The notes below the pieces were generated by a model. It saw only the letters and a program-made list of their open reading frames with translations. It was not told the DNA's origin and did no database searches. DNA of 34,818 bases from a virus: positions 1-34,818 of the IMG/VR virus record IMGVR_UViG_3300045988_092923. One strand, 5' to 3'. Below, piece by piece: positions 15,447-23,855 of the stretch. A program made the position numbers and the translations under genes. Each line of letters opens with the position of its first letter. Within the stretch, counting starts at the first letter, position 1.

Positions 15447-15806
15447 CTAGAAAGTCACGTCCTGCATGATTTCGAGTACCCCGCGCATGACGGTGAACAC
15501 GTCCCCGTTGCACCCGATTTCGAGGTCGTAGAAGTACTTCCCAGGCTTCGCGTCGGCGGTGTCGCTCGGGGCCACCCTCACGACGTAGGAGCCTCGCCCG
15601 GCCTTCGACACTCCGTCCGAAAGAGACTTCTTGAAAAGGAATCGCTTGTCGCTCCGGTTAGATTTGCAGGTGAAATGGGCACGCTCCAGATCCTGGCCGA
15701 AAGGCGTGCCAGTCTCGTCGTAGACCTGAATCCCGAAGGAAAGCGTGTCACCGCGAACCATGCGGATGTACTTGTCCTCCATCGTGAAATTCGTCCGCAC
15801 CATCAT
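15447..15806 (-). CDS. Hypothetical virion-associated protein (119 aa)
   Basis: The start MMVRTNFTMEDKY... has an ATGA overlap with the Dit stop. The sequence looks beta-rich. Confidence 0.65.
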   Translation of the reverse strand: MMVRTNFTMEDKYIRMVRGDTLSFGIQVYDETGTPFGQDLERAHFTCKSNRSDKRFLFKKSLSDGVSKAGRGSYVVRVAPSDTADAKPGKYFYDLEIGCNGDVFTVMRGVLEIMQDVTF

Positions 15807-16873
15807 AACCACCTCGAAAAATCTTCGACCTTGATTCCCGTGACGTCTCCGCGCCACGACATGACGTTCTCCCCTGCCTTCAGAGCCAAGTCGGCGTAAT
15901 CTCCAGTGACACGCCGATTCATCAAGGCATCACCATGGTATGCGTTCATCTCGTCAGCGTCTATCGTGATGTAATCATCATCGATTGAGAACGACAGCAC
16001 CGTGACGGCATTGATTGCAAGCTCGACGTTGCCGCTGCCGTAGACGGTTACGGTCGGCCTTGAGATGATGTTCCCTCGATTGGTGAGCGTGATTGAGCGG
16101 AAATTGTTGCTCGACATCGTGGCCGTCAACGTGAAGCCAAGCGTGGTGCCAGCCTGTACGTACAGCCATAGAGCGTCGTACTCTGTGTCGGCGTCTGCCG
16201 TGATGCTCGACGTGCCGTTGCTCTTCAGCTCGGTGTACGTTCCGCCGAAAGAGTCTCCATCAGGCTGTGCGCGTGACACGAGCTTGAGCGCACAGCCTGC
16301 GGCGTCCCCGCTCGTCGCAGCCGTGAGCGTGTAGCTGCCAGAAAGCGTGATGCGGTCTATAGGAACCATAATCTCGGCGGTGTTCGTCGCCTTCCCAGCA
16401 ACGCGCACGCTTCCGCCACTTGAGACTGCCGTGATTCCGAACCTGCTCGCCGTTGAGTCCTTGACGTTTATGAGTTGGTTAACGACCTCAAAAGTCCTGT
16501 CAACGGCGTCGTACTTGAATGGCTGTACGTGCAACTTCACCTTCGCCGTGCGGAACCGCACCAAGCGCTCGAAGTCGATTTGGTCGAGAATCTGATAGCG
16601 GTAGTACTTGTCTGGCTCGTTGCTGAAAACGACCTCTCCCTCTGAGTCGAGGAATGCTATCGCGTCATCGACGTCGAAGTCACCATGAAGGCCGATGCTG
16701 ACCTCCTTGTCGTAGGCAGCGTATCCCAGCTTGGTGATTATGTCTCCGTCGCGCCCGTCGATGTCCTCGGACGAATAGCGCATCTTCGGCTTCGTGATAG
16801 GCGGAAGCGACTGGATCATCAATCCCTTGACGTCCGTGCTCTTCTCGCCGTTCAACTCTATGTATCCAATCAT
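15803..16873 (-). CDS. Distal tail protein (Dit)
   Basis: It lies immediately downstream of the tape measure gene. The N-terminus MIGYIELNGEKSTDVKGLMIQSLPPITKPKMRYSSEDIDGRDGD is typical of siphovirus tail-family (Dit) proteins. At 356 aa, its size suggests an inserted domain. Confidence 0.75.
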   Translation of the reverse strand: MIGYIELNGEKSTDVKGLMIQSLPPITKPKMRYSSEDIDGRDGDIITKLGYAAYDKEVSIGLHGDFDVDDAIAFLDSEGEVVFSNEPDKYYRYQILDQIDFERLVRFRTAKVKLHVQPFKYDAVDRTFEVVNQLINVKDSTASRFGITAVSSGGSVRVAGKATNTAEIMVPIDRITLSGSYTLTAATSGDAAGCALKLVSRAQPDGDSFGGTYTELKSNGTSSITADADTEYDALWLYVQAGTTLGFTLTATMSSNNFRSITLTNRGNIISRPTVTVYGSGNVELAINAVTVLSFSIDDDYITIDADEMNAYHGDALMNRRVTGDYADLALKAGENVMSWRGDVTGIKVEDFSRWL

Positions 16874-16884
16874 GCAAACACCTC

Positions 16885-19785
16885 CTATGCGTAAATCGCG
16901 TTCGTGACCGTACGCTCCACGAACCTTCCTGCCACCTCGTCATCGAGGACGATGTGGACCCTTCCAAGCGCTTCGACAACGGCGTCAACGATTCCGTCTC
17001 CGCCATAGGCCCCAGCTCCTGCCGATTGATACGCGACCGATTCCATCGTGCCACCAATCGAGAACACCGAAGCATCGGGCATGGCGTCCTGCATCTGCCG
17101 CGTGACGTTGCCCATCTCGCTTTCGAAGCCGACACCGATGCCCTGCGCAATGTACTTGCCGACTTGGTCACGGAACACGCGCGAAGGCGAGTGGATGCCG
17201 AGCGCGTTCTTCATTCCGTCGAGGATTCCACTTGCAAATGACTTTACCTTATCAGCAAGCCACCCAGCAGCTCCGCTGATTCCGTTCCAGATTCCGTGAA
17301 CGATGTCACCGCCGATGCTTGCAACCCTGCTCGGAAGGCTCTTGATTCCATTGACAACAGCGTTGAACATCCTGTGTGCGCCGTCAGCTCCCTTTGCCGC
17401 CATCTGTCCAGCCCACGACGCGAGCCTTGAGATGACCTGCGAAAGGAAGCTCCCAATCCTGCTCGGAAGCTGTTGGATGAAACGCACGACGTTTGCATTG
17501 AACTGCGTTCCAGCTCTGGTCGCGTTCGACGCCATGTTAGACACCCAAGAGCCTACCCTCGAAATGACGTTCGAGAGGAATGAGCCAATCCTGCTGGGAA
17601 GCTGCTGGATAAAGTTCACGACATTGCTAACGAATTGTGAGCCTGCCTGCCGCGCGTTCTGCACGAAGCTCGAAACCCACGAGATGACGGTCCCGATGAC
17701 CGTACCAAGCAGGTAGCCAATGTTGTACGGAAGGTTCTGCACGAAGCTCACGACGTTAGAAACGAACTGCGAACCAGCGCTCGCCGCCTGCTGCGCGAGG
17801 TTCGACGCCCACCCAGTGACCGTGGATATGACGTTGTTCAGCCAGTCGGCGAACATCTGCGGCAGCTGGCTAATGGTCGTGCCGAGGTTCGTGAAGAAGT
17901 CACCGATTGCCTGAATCGCATTGCCGATGAAGTCCTTGATGCCGTTCCAGATGTTCGTCACCGCGTCGCGGAAGTCCTTGTTCGTGTTCCAAAGAACAAC
18001 GATAGCCGCGACAACGCCAGCGATAAGTCCGATTACAAGACCAATCGGAGAGGAAAGTTGCACGGCGTTCAGAATCCTCTGTGCCACGGTAAGCCCCTCG
18101 GTCGCTGCCTTCCACTCATTGAAGGCCGTGACCATCGCCTCTACCTTTTGCGCGACCATTATGCCGCCAAGTGCCGTCGCTATGCCGGCGATTAGCGGGC
18201 CGATGGTTGGAAGGTTGTCCTTGAACCACTGAATCGCCTTCTTGATTGGCGGGATGACCTTGGAAACGGCGTCTGAGATTCCGTTGATGAAGTTTGTCAC
18301 GTTCTCGGAGCCGATGGCATCGTAAATCTGCATCAAGCCGTCGGTGACGGCGGCCTGCATGTTGCCCATCGCACCCTCGAACGTGTCCGTCGAGGTCGCC
18401 GCCTGCTTCGCCGCGTCCGTAAAGCCCAAGTCCATAATCGCCTTGTTGAACTCGTCGGCGGTAATCTGGCCCTTCTCCATCGCGTCGCGGAAGTTCCCAG
18501 TGTACGCGCCGTTCTTCTTGAGCGCCTCCTGAAGCTTTCCGCTCGCGCCCGGAATCGCGTCCGACAGCTGATTCCAGTTCTCGGTCGTGAGCTTGCCTGC
18601 TCCAGCAGTCTGCGTGAGCACCATCGCGACCGAACTGAACGTGTCCTGATTTCCGCCAGCGACGGCGTTGAGGTTTCCAGCCGCTTCGGTAAGCTGCTCG
18701 AAGTTCGGGACGCCGTTGGCAGCGAGCTGCGCCGTCGTGTTCGAGACCGTCTCGAGGTCGTAAACTGTCTTGTCGGCGTAGTCCTTCATCTGAGTCTTTG
18801 CAGTCTCGATTTGGGAATTATCATAGCCAGCGAAGCTCATTGTCGATTCGAACTTCTTCAATGAGTCCGAACTTTGAATTGCTTCGCCCGCAAGGTCTTG
18901 TATGCCGCTGATTGCGGTTTGAATGACGTTGCCAGCCAGATTTGCAAGCGCGCCCTTGAGCACGGTGAAGCCACCGTTGCCCGCACTACTTGCGCTGTTA
19001 CCAAGCTTGTCAAGACCACCAGCGAGGTTGTCTGCTCCAGTCTTGGCCGCGTTCATCCTTGACTCGTTCTGCTGGACCTCGCTCGAAAGACTCTTAATCT
19101 CGGTACCGAGCTTCTTCGCTTCCGAGCTGTTCTTTCCGTACGTCAGCACGGCGTTTGCGTACTCACTCTTAAGGCTCGAAAGCTTGCTCTTCTGCTGCTC
19201 GATTGTGGAGCTAAGGCGCTCCATCTCGCTTGCCGCCTTGCCCTGAGCGCCGCTCATATCCCCAAGCTGCCTGTCAAGTTCGCCTATCTCGGACGTGGTC
19301 TTGTTGATGTCGGTCTTTGCGTTGTTAATCTGCGTGCGCATTCTGGACATTGCGTTTGCGTTCGAGTCCTGCGCCGCCGTGCTCTTGTCGACCTCCCTCG
19401 CAAGCTGCTCGACGTGCTGCTTCTGCTCCTTGTACTCGGGCGAAGTCTCTCCCAGCTCCTGCCCTATCTTCTCGAGCTTGGCCTTCTCTTCCTCGTAAGA
19501 CTGCACCAGCTTCTCGTGCTTTTGCGCGTTGGTCGCGTACTCGTCGCTCATCTTCGAGTACTGGGCCTGAAGAGTCGAAAGCCGCTGCTTCTGCTGTTCC
19601 AGCTTCTCGTTGAGCACGTTCTGCTTGGCAGTGAGCGCCTGCGTGCTCGTGTCGCTCTTGTCATACTGCGACGCGACGAGCTTCATCTCGGACGATACCT
19701 CCTTCAGCCGCTGCGTGATGTTACGCAGCGCTGCGCGGTACTCGCTCTCTCCTGTCAGCTTTACGGCTCCGCCAAAACTCGTCAT
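16885..19785 (-). CDS. Tape measure protein
   Basis: The 966-aa protein has a coiled-coil N-terminal third and hydrophobic segments (LIAGIATALGGIMV, IGLVIGLIAGVVAAIVVL). It also has internal tandem repeats and follows the G/G-T chaperone genes. Confidence 0.92.
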   Translation of the reverse strand: MTSFGGAVKLTGESEYRAALRNITQRLKEVSSEMKLVASQYDKSDTSTQALTAKQNVLNEKLEQQKQRLSTLQAQYSKMSDEYATNAQKHEKLVQSYEEEKAKLEKIGQELGETSPEYKEQKQHVEQLAREVDKSTAAQDSNANAMSRMRTQINNAKTDINKTTSEIGELDRQLGDMSGAQGKAASEMERLSSTIEQQKSKLSSLKSEYANAVLTYGKNSSEAKKLGTEIKSLSSEVQQNESRMNAAKTGADNLAGGLDKLGNSASSAGNGGFTVLKGALANLAGNVIQTAISGIQDLAGEAIQSSDSLKKFESTMSFAGYDNSQIETAKTQMKDYADKTVYDLETVSNTTAQLAANGVPNFEQLTEAAGNLNAVAGGNQDTFSSVAMVLTQTAGAGKLTTENWNQLSDAIPGASGKLQEALKKNGAYTGNFRDAMEKGQITADEFNKAIMDLGFTDAAKQAATSTDTFEGAMGNMQAAVTDGLMQIYDAIGSENVTNFINGISDAVSKVIPPIKKAIQWFKDNLPTIGPLIAGIATALGGIMVAQKVEAMVTAFNEWKAATEGLTVAQRILNAVQLSSPIGLVIGLIAGVVAAIVVLWNTNKDFRDAVTNIWNGIKDFIGNAIQAIGDFFTNLGTTISQLPQMFADWLNNVISTVTGWASNLAQQAASAGSQFVSNVVSFVQNLPYNIGYLLGTVIGTVISWVSSFVQNARQAGSQFVSNVVNFIQQLPSRIGSFLSNVISRVGSWVSNMASNATRAGTQFNANVVRFIQQLPSRIGSFLSQVISRLASWAGQMAAKGADGAHRMFNAVVNGIKSLPSRVASIGGDIVHGIWNGISGAAGWLADKVKSFASGILDGMKNALGIHSPSRVFRDQVGKYIAQGIGVGFESEMGNVTRQMQDAMPDASVFSIGGTMESVAYQSAGAGAYGGDGIVDAVVEALGRVHIVLDDEVAGRFVERTVTNAIYA
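17245..17769 (-). repeat. About four tandem 44-aa repeats within the tape measure protein
   Basis: F(V/N)(S/A)NVV.F(V/I)QQLPSRIGSFLS.VISR..SW........AG.Q recurs over residues about 673-847. Confidence 0.75.
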
Positions 19786-19800
19786 TCAAAATCACCTCCA

Positions 19801-19816
19801 TGTTTCACGTGAAACA
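19801..19816. promoter_or_regulatory. parS-like site 2 (TGTTTCACGTGAAACA, perfect 16/16)
   Basis: The site is intergenic. It lies exactly between the G-T stop (TAG at 19817-19819) and the tape-measure RBS (ggaggtga). Confidence 0.75.
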
Positions 19817-20412
19817 CTAGAACCATTCCTCATCACTCTCGGCCTTCGCATCGATGCTTGCATACGTCGAACCGCTTGCCCTCAGCCTTGTCTCTGTGTC
19901 GAACGTGTCCTTGTATGCCTGATACAGCCCACGAAAGCGCCTGAGCGTGAGTCTCCCGACCTCCTTGTCGGACGAAAGCCCCAGCCTCGTCCGGCCCATG
20001 AAGTAGTACCACGAGAAGTTGATGGTCGGGTCGTAGTCAAAGATTACGTCTTCGTCGTGGACTATGCGTTTTTTGAGTCATCCTCGGTGGAGTCGATGAC
20101 GCTCTTCTGCACCTTGTCGGTCACGGATTCCAGACCGACCTCGGTCAGGATGCGTGCGACCTTTCTATGCGTGAGCGGCTTCTCGTCTGTGCCGTCCTCG
20201 TCGTTGGAAATGTCGATTCCCTCGTTAATCATCTCCATGACACCAAAGACGAGCGCCTTGATGTTTGGCTCCCCGCCATCGTCAGGCTCGGTGAGCTTGC
20301 CCCATGCCTCGATGCTGCCATACTCGTCCTGAATCGCCTCCATGACGTTGAGGTCGAACACGAGCCTGTAGGTCTTTCCGCGATACTCGATTTCCTGCAT
20401 CGTACTCTTCAT
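19817..20412 (-). CDS. Tail assembly chaperone G-T fusion via -1 programmed frameshift
   Basis: The -1 frame is open from the slippery site to the stop at 19817 (...KKRIVHDEDVIFDYDPTINFSWYYFMGRTRLGL...EEWF). It lacks its own RBS or start near the slip site. Confidence 0.7.
20062..20412 (-). CDS. Tail assembly chaperone (gpG-like)
   Basis: The start MKSTMQEIEYRGKTYRLVFDLNVMEAIQDEYG... follows gaaaggtggaattttATG. It lies between the major tail and tape measure genes and has an acidic C-terminus. Confidence 0.8.
   Translation of the reverse strand: MKSTMQEIEYRGKTYRLVFDLNVMEAIQDEYGSIEAWGKLTEPDDGGEPNIKALVFGVMEMINEGIDISNDEDGTDEKPLTHRKVARILTEVGLESVTDKVQKSVIDSTEDDSKNA
20068..20074 (-). other. Slippery heptamer A_AAA_AAC for -1 frameshifting
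   Basis: The zero frame reads GAC TCA AAA AAC GCA TAG. The heptamer sits 2 codons before the gpG stop. Confidence 0.7.
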
Positions 20413-20496
20413 AAAATTCCACCTTTCATATCGAATGGGCCATGGGCCGACTTGACCCATGACCCATTATCCCGCATCTTTAGTCAAACGGCAGCG

Positions 20497-21069
20497 CTAG
20501 GAAGAAGACACCTTGAGCTTGTCCTTGACCCACGTCACCGCTGCGTCCTTGGTGTCGAACGTCTGCGCCGCGCTCCAATCGCCGTTCGCGAGCGAGGATG
20601 CAGTCCCCTCGATTTCGGGCGTCTTGAACTCGACGCTCTCGCCCTTGGTCTGGTCATCCTGAGACGGCTCGGAGAACTTCACCTTGTACAGGAACTCGCC
20701 CTTGTACGCCATCTTGCCATTGACCATCTTTGTGATGACTCGGCCGAGTCCGATGTAGGGCGCCGTGTCGTTGGCGTTGCGTACCATCTCTCCCTTGCCG
20801 CTCGTTCCGTCCTTGACGGTGTGGCCGAGGATGGGCGCGAAGATTGTATCGTCATCGTCCGCGACCCCGAGAGTCACCTTGGCGGAGTTGAAGGTCTTGT
20901 CAGACTCCGCGAGCGCGTCCTCGGCGTACAGGGTCGCGTCATTGTTGGTGACGTCAACCTTCGTAGAGACGGCCTTGCCGAAGCTCTTCGCGCCGTCATA
21001 GGTCGGAGTGCCGTCCTCCGCTTCGGTGAGCTTGCCCCACCAGAGATTTGTAAGTCCAATCTTTGCCAT
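20497..21069 (-). CDS. Major tail protein (phi13/TP901-1-like)
   Basis: The N-terminus MAKIGLTNLWWGKLTEAEDGTPTYDGAKSFGKAVSTKVDVTNNDATLYAEDALAE is typical of this family. Its position before the chaperones also fits. Confidence 0.8.
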   Translation of the reverse strand: MAKIGLTNLWWGKLTEAEDGTPTYDGAKSFGKAVSTKVDVTNNDATLYAEDALAESDKTFNSAKVTLGVADDDDTIFAPILGHTVKDGTSGKGEMVRNANDTAPYIGLGRVITKMVNGKMAYKGEFLYKVKFSEPSQDDQTKGESVEFKTPEIEGTASSLANGDWSAAQTFDTKDAAVTWVKDKLKVSSS

Positions 21070-21071
21070 GG

Positions 21072-21419
21072 TTAAACCCCTCTTTCCTTTGCAAAACTAA
21101 GCGTCACATGGAAGTATCCAGTGTCGCTCTCGTACATGTCTGCCGACGAGCGCGTTGGCTGCCACGTCCATCCAGCGCCCGCCAGCCTTGATTTGACCGC
21201 TTCCACCAGTTGAGTGAAGTTGCCCTTGCTGTACACGTCGAAGTCGTAGTACGTGACATACCCCAGCAACGAATCGTCTCCGCTGTACGAGCTGTCATCA
21301 GACTCGCGCATGAAAATCACGTAAGGCTCGCCGTGTCCCTCGTAGTCCATGAAGCGGACTGGAACCTCTTTGCCACCGACAGTGAAGCCGTCGAAGATGT
21401 CTACGATTTCGGCGTTCAT
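21072..21419 (-). CDS. Tail completion/terminator-like protein (115 aa)
   Basis: The call rests on synteny, as the gene lies between the gp10-like and major tail genes. No strong motif was seen. Confidence 0.5.
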   Translation of the reverse strand: MNAEIVDIFDGFTVGGKEVPVRFMDYEGHGEPYVIFMRESDDSSYSGDDSLLGYVTYYDFDVYSKGNFTQLVEAVKSRLAGAGWTWQPTRSSADMYESDTGYFHVTLSFAKERGV

Positions 21420-21848
21420 CTAATCACCCTTGATGTAGCGGTCTTGGACTTTCATCATCGCCGCTTCGATTTGGCCCTTCTTGAAGCTCTTCCGCATGAA
21501 CGGGTGCCTTGGGTATGGCGAATTGCTGCGTCCGTACTCTAAGAGGTTACAGACCAGCGGCGCTGGCACCTTGTACGACTTCTTGCCATTGTGGTTCATG
21601 AAATACCCGTAGAACGCGACTTTCGTGTTACGCCCGCCGTCTGACGGAGTGTAGTACGGTCGCGTCATCTTAAGGCACTGCATGATGTTGGAGCCGTGGA
21701 AGCTCGCAGGGACGTTTGCCTTGACGTTCGCAAGAACCGTCTTTGCGCCCTCCTGAGTCATCTCTTCGAGCATCTTCTGTGTGTCCTCGCCAAGCTCTTC
21801 GAAAACCTTCATCAGCTCGGTCGGTAATTCGACCTCCATCCTTGCCAC
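21420..21848 (-). CDS. HK97 gp10-family head-tail joining protein
   Basis: LEYGRSNSPYPRHPFMRKSF is gp10-like. The GTG start lies 8-9 nt after gaaggaggtga and overlaps the upstream stop (TAGTG). Confidence 0.7.
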   Translation of the reverse strand: MARMEVELPTELMKVFEELGEDTQKMLEEMTQEGAKTVLANVKANVPASFHGSNIMQCLKMTRPYYTPSDGGRNTKVAFYGYFMNHNGKKSYKVPAPLVCNLLEYGRSNSPYPRHPFMRKSFKKGQIEAAMMKVQDRYIKGD

Positions 21849-22177
21849 TAGTGCGTCACCTCCTTCGCCTGAATCTCAAGCTCCGTATTGGCATAGTCGA
21901 TGTTGTTGAGATACTGAATCTCGTAGCGCCTTCCGTCGAACAGAACGACCATGTCTCGGTCGATTTTTGTTGTCGGCGGGTAGCGGATAGTGAAGTTCGT
22001 CGTTGCCGCTTCGAAGCTCGTGCCGCTCTTGATGAGCGTGTACCCGCTCGTGGTTCTCACGCTCGCGTAGGCTTCAAGAACAGGCTCGTCAACCGTTGTC
22101 GGGAACCCCTCCGCGTCGTGCCCAACCTTCGGTCTGACGATTTCAATCCTGTGGTCGTACTTTCCTGCGTTAATCAT
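21848..22177 (-). CDS. Head closure / head-tail adaptor (SPP1 gp16-like)
   Basis: MINAGKYDHRIEI...A.VRTTSG.......FTIRY......DMVVLFDGRRYEIQYLNN is the typical pattern. Confidence 0.75.
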   Translation of the reverse strand: MINAGKYDHRIEIVRPKVGHDAEGFPTTVDEPVLEAYASVRTTSGYTLIKSGTSFEAATTNFTIRYPPTTKIDRDMVVLFDGRRYEIQYLNNIDYANTELEIQAKEVTH

Positions 22178-22493
22178 CTTTTGCCACCGATGGAAGCAGG
22201 TTCACCGAGTGCATGTCGAGCGTGCTCTGTACCATACGATTTACGTTCGCGGAGTCAACGTACAGCGCGCGGTTGTCGTACATGTCTTGGCACAGGACCA
22301 ACAGCGCTGGAACAAGGTCCTGAGACTCGTCAAGCTGCGCGGTCGTAAGCCCCGTGTACTTGCACATGTAGGCAGTCGCTGCGCCAATCAGAGTGCTGAG
22401 GTACCCATCCTCGTATGGAGTCACCTCGCCGACCCTGAGAAATGCCGCAAGGTCGGCGGAGGTGACATCGGATACTTTCAAAATCTGGTTCAT
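22170..22493 (-). CDS. Head-tail connector (gp6-like)
   Basis: ADLAAFLRVGE...EDGYLSTLIGAATAYMCKYTGL is the typical gp6-like pattern. The gene lies downstream of the capsid gene. Confidence 0.7.
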   Translation of the reverse strand: MNQILKVSDVTSADLAAFLRVGEVTPYEDGYLSTLIGAATAYMCKYTGLTTAQLDESQDLVPALLVLCQDMYDNRALYVDSANVNRMVQSTLDMHSVNLLPSVAKDD

Positions 22494-22503
22494 CTAATCC
22501 CCC

Positions 22504-22641
22504 CTACTCTTGGGGATTCGCGTCCCCAGACTTCTTGGTGCTCCTTCCGCGCTTTGGCTTGACCTCTTCGATGTATCCAGCCTTGAGCAGGTCGGCAACG
22601 ATTTCGGCGTCCTTAATCTCCCGCGTCTCGCCCTCGCACAT
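22504..22641 (-). CDS. Small basic-tailed protein (45 aa; 58 aa if the GTG at 22680 is used)
   Basis: Hand translation gives MCEGETREIKDAEIVADLLKAGYIEEVKPKRGRSTKKSGDANPQE. It fills the capsid-connector gap. The overlapping track ORF 22494..22742 is an Arg-rich shadow frame. Confidence 0.45.
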   Translation of the reverse strand: MCEGETREIKDAEIVADLLKAGYIEEVKPKRGRSTKKSGDANPQE

Positions 22642-22672
22642 CGAGATTGCTCCGCTGAAGGACTTGAGCGCC

Positions 22673-23854
22673 TTATGCACCTGCCATCACCAGCTTGGCG
22701 AGCTTCTGGGCGTCCTGCACCTTGGAGTCGAACTCGAACCACGAGATTACGCCCGTGGCGTGCTCGTCGGCGTACTTCTCTCGAAGAACCTGAGTCGTAA
22801 TGTTCTCAGAGAACTTCGTCGCAAGGCCCGTCATATCGCCGTAGTAGATGGTCGTTGCTCCAGCCTTGATGTCGGGCATGTTGTCGGACACGTATACGGG
22901 CTTGCCGAGAAGGACGGTACCGAAAGGCGAAGAGATGTCATCGTTGAGCAGGTAGTGCCCGTCGGTGCCCTTCAGAAGTCGGAGCGCCGTGCGGGTCGCG
23001 GGGGACATAATCCAGAAGGCGTTGTTCTGGTAGACGTCCTTGATGGAATCCTTCAGCTTGACAACATCGTCGGAGGTGATTGCGGTACCTGCGGCGGTGG
23101 TCACGGAGTTGGTGAGCTTGGAAAGGCCCTCGACCTTGTTGCTGGTGCCGATAAGCAGCTCGTGCTCGATGAAGCGCGCGATGTCCTCGCCCATCTGGTT
23201 GACGACGAAGGAAACGATGTCGAACTGAGAGTTGTTAATCAGGCTGTTGCTAATCTTGGAAAGGGCGCCAGCGAGGAAGCCGTCAAGCTCGATGTTGGTG
23301 AACTTGCCGTTGCTGGAGGTCAGCGGGGTGAACTCCTCGGCGTAAGCAACGTTGATGCCACCGCTGGTGGTGTCGTAGTACGGAATCTGGAGCTTGCCCT
23401 TGACGTTGTACTTCTGCGACTTCTCCAGAATCGGCGAAACGTCATAGACCTTCTTGATAATCTGCTGCGCGATGGTGGTCGGGATGACCGCGCCGTTGTC
23501 GGTCTTCTTCAGCTCGCCCGCACGCTCGTGCATCACGCGGCCACGAATGAAGTTCTCGAATGCTCGGGTGTCCTGCTGCTCCTGAGTCGGCTTCGGCTCA
23601 CCGCCAGCGGGCATAGGCTCCTTCTTAGGCTGCTTGTCCTTCGAATCGTCCAGCTCGTCGCCAATCTTGAGCGCGTCCTTGATGCGCTTCACATCGTCGC
23701 GAATCTCGGCAAGCTCGGCGGCTTCGTCGGGCGTCAGCTCGCGCTTGTTTACCTCGGCGTCGGCCAGAATCTTCTCGGCCTTGTCAATCTTGTCGTTCTT
23801 CAGCTCCACGAGGTTCTTGTAGCTCATGGCGCGGGTGTGGAAAATCTTCGGCAT
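22673..23854 (-). CDS. Major capsid protein, HK97 family
   Basis: The N-terminal coiled delta-like region is ELKNDKIDKAEKILADAE...IRDDVKRIKDAL, followed by a capsid-like body. The gene follows the prohead protease and has RBS ggagggctaacATG. Confidence 0.88.
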   Translation of the reverse strand: MPKIFHTRAMSYKNLVELKNDKIDKAEKILADAEVNKRELTPDEAAELAEIRDDVKRIKDALKIGDELDDSKDKQPKKEPMPAGGEPKPTQEQQDTRAFENFIRGRVMHERAGELKKTDNGAVIPTTIAQQIIKKVYDVSPILEKSQKYNVKGKLQIPYYDTTSGGINVAYAEEFTPLTSSNGKFTNIELDGFLAGALSKISNSLINNSQFDIVSFVVNQMGEDIARFIEHELLIGTSNKVEGLSKLTNSVTTAAGTAITSDDVVKLKDSIKDVYQNNAFWIMSPATRTALRLLKGTDGHYLLNDDISSPFGTVLLGKPVYVSDNMPDIKAGATTIYYGDMTGLATKFSENITTQVLREKYADEHATGVISWFEFDSKVQDAQKLAKLVMAGA

Positions 23855-23855
23855 G

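Noticed and set aside
22494-22742. 82-aa Arg-rich ORF between the capsid and connector genes
   Set aside because: The composition (R, S, P, G, A) is typical of an off-frame reading. An alternative frame gives a plausible small protein with start 22641 or 22680.
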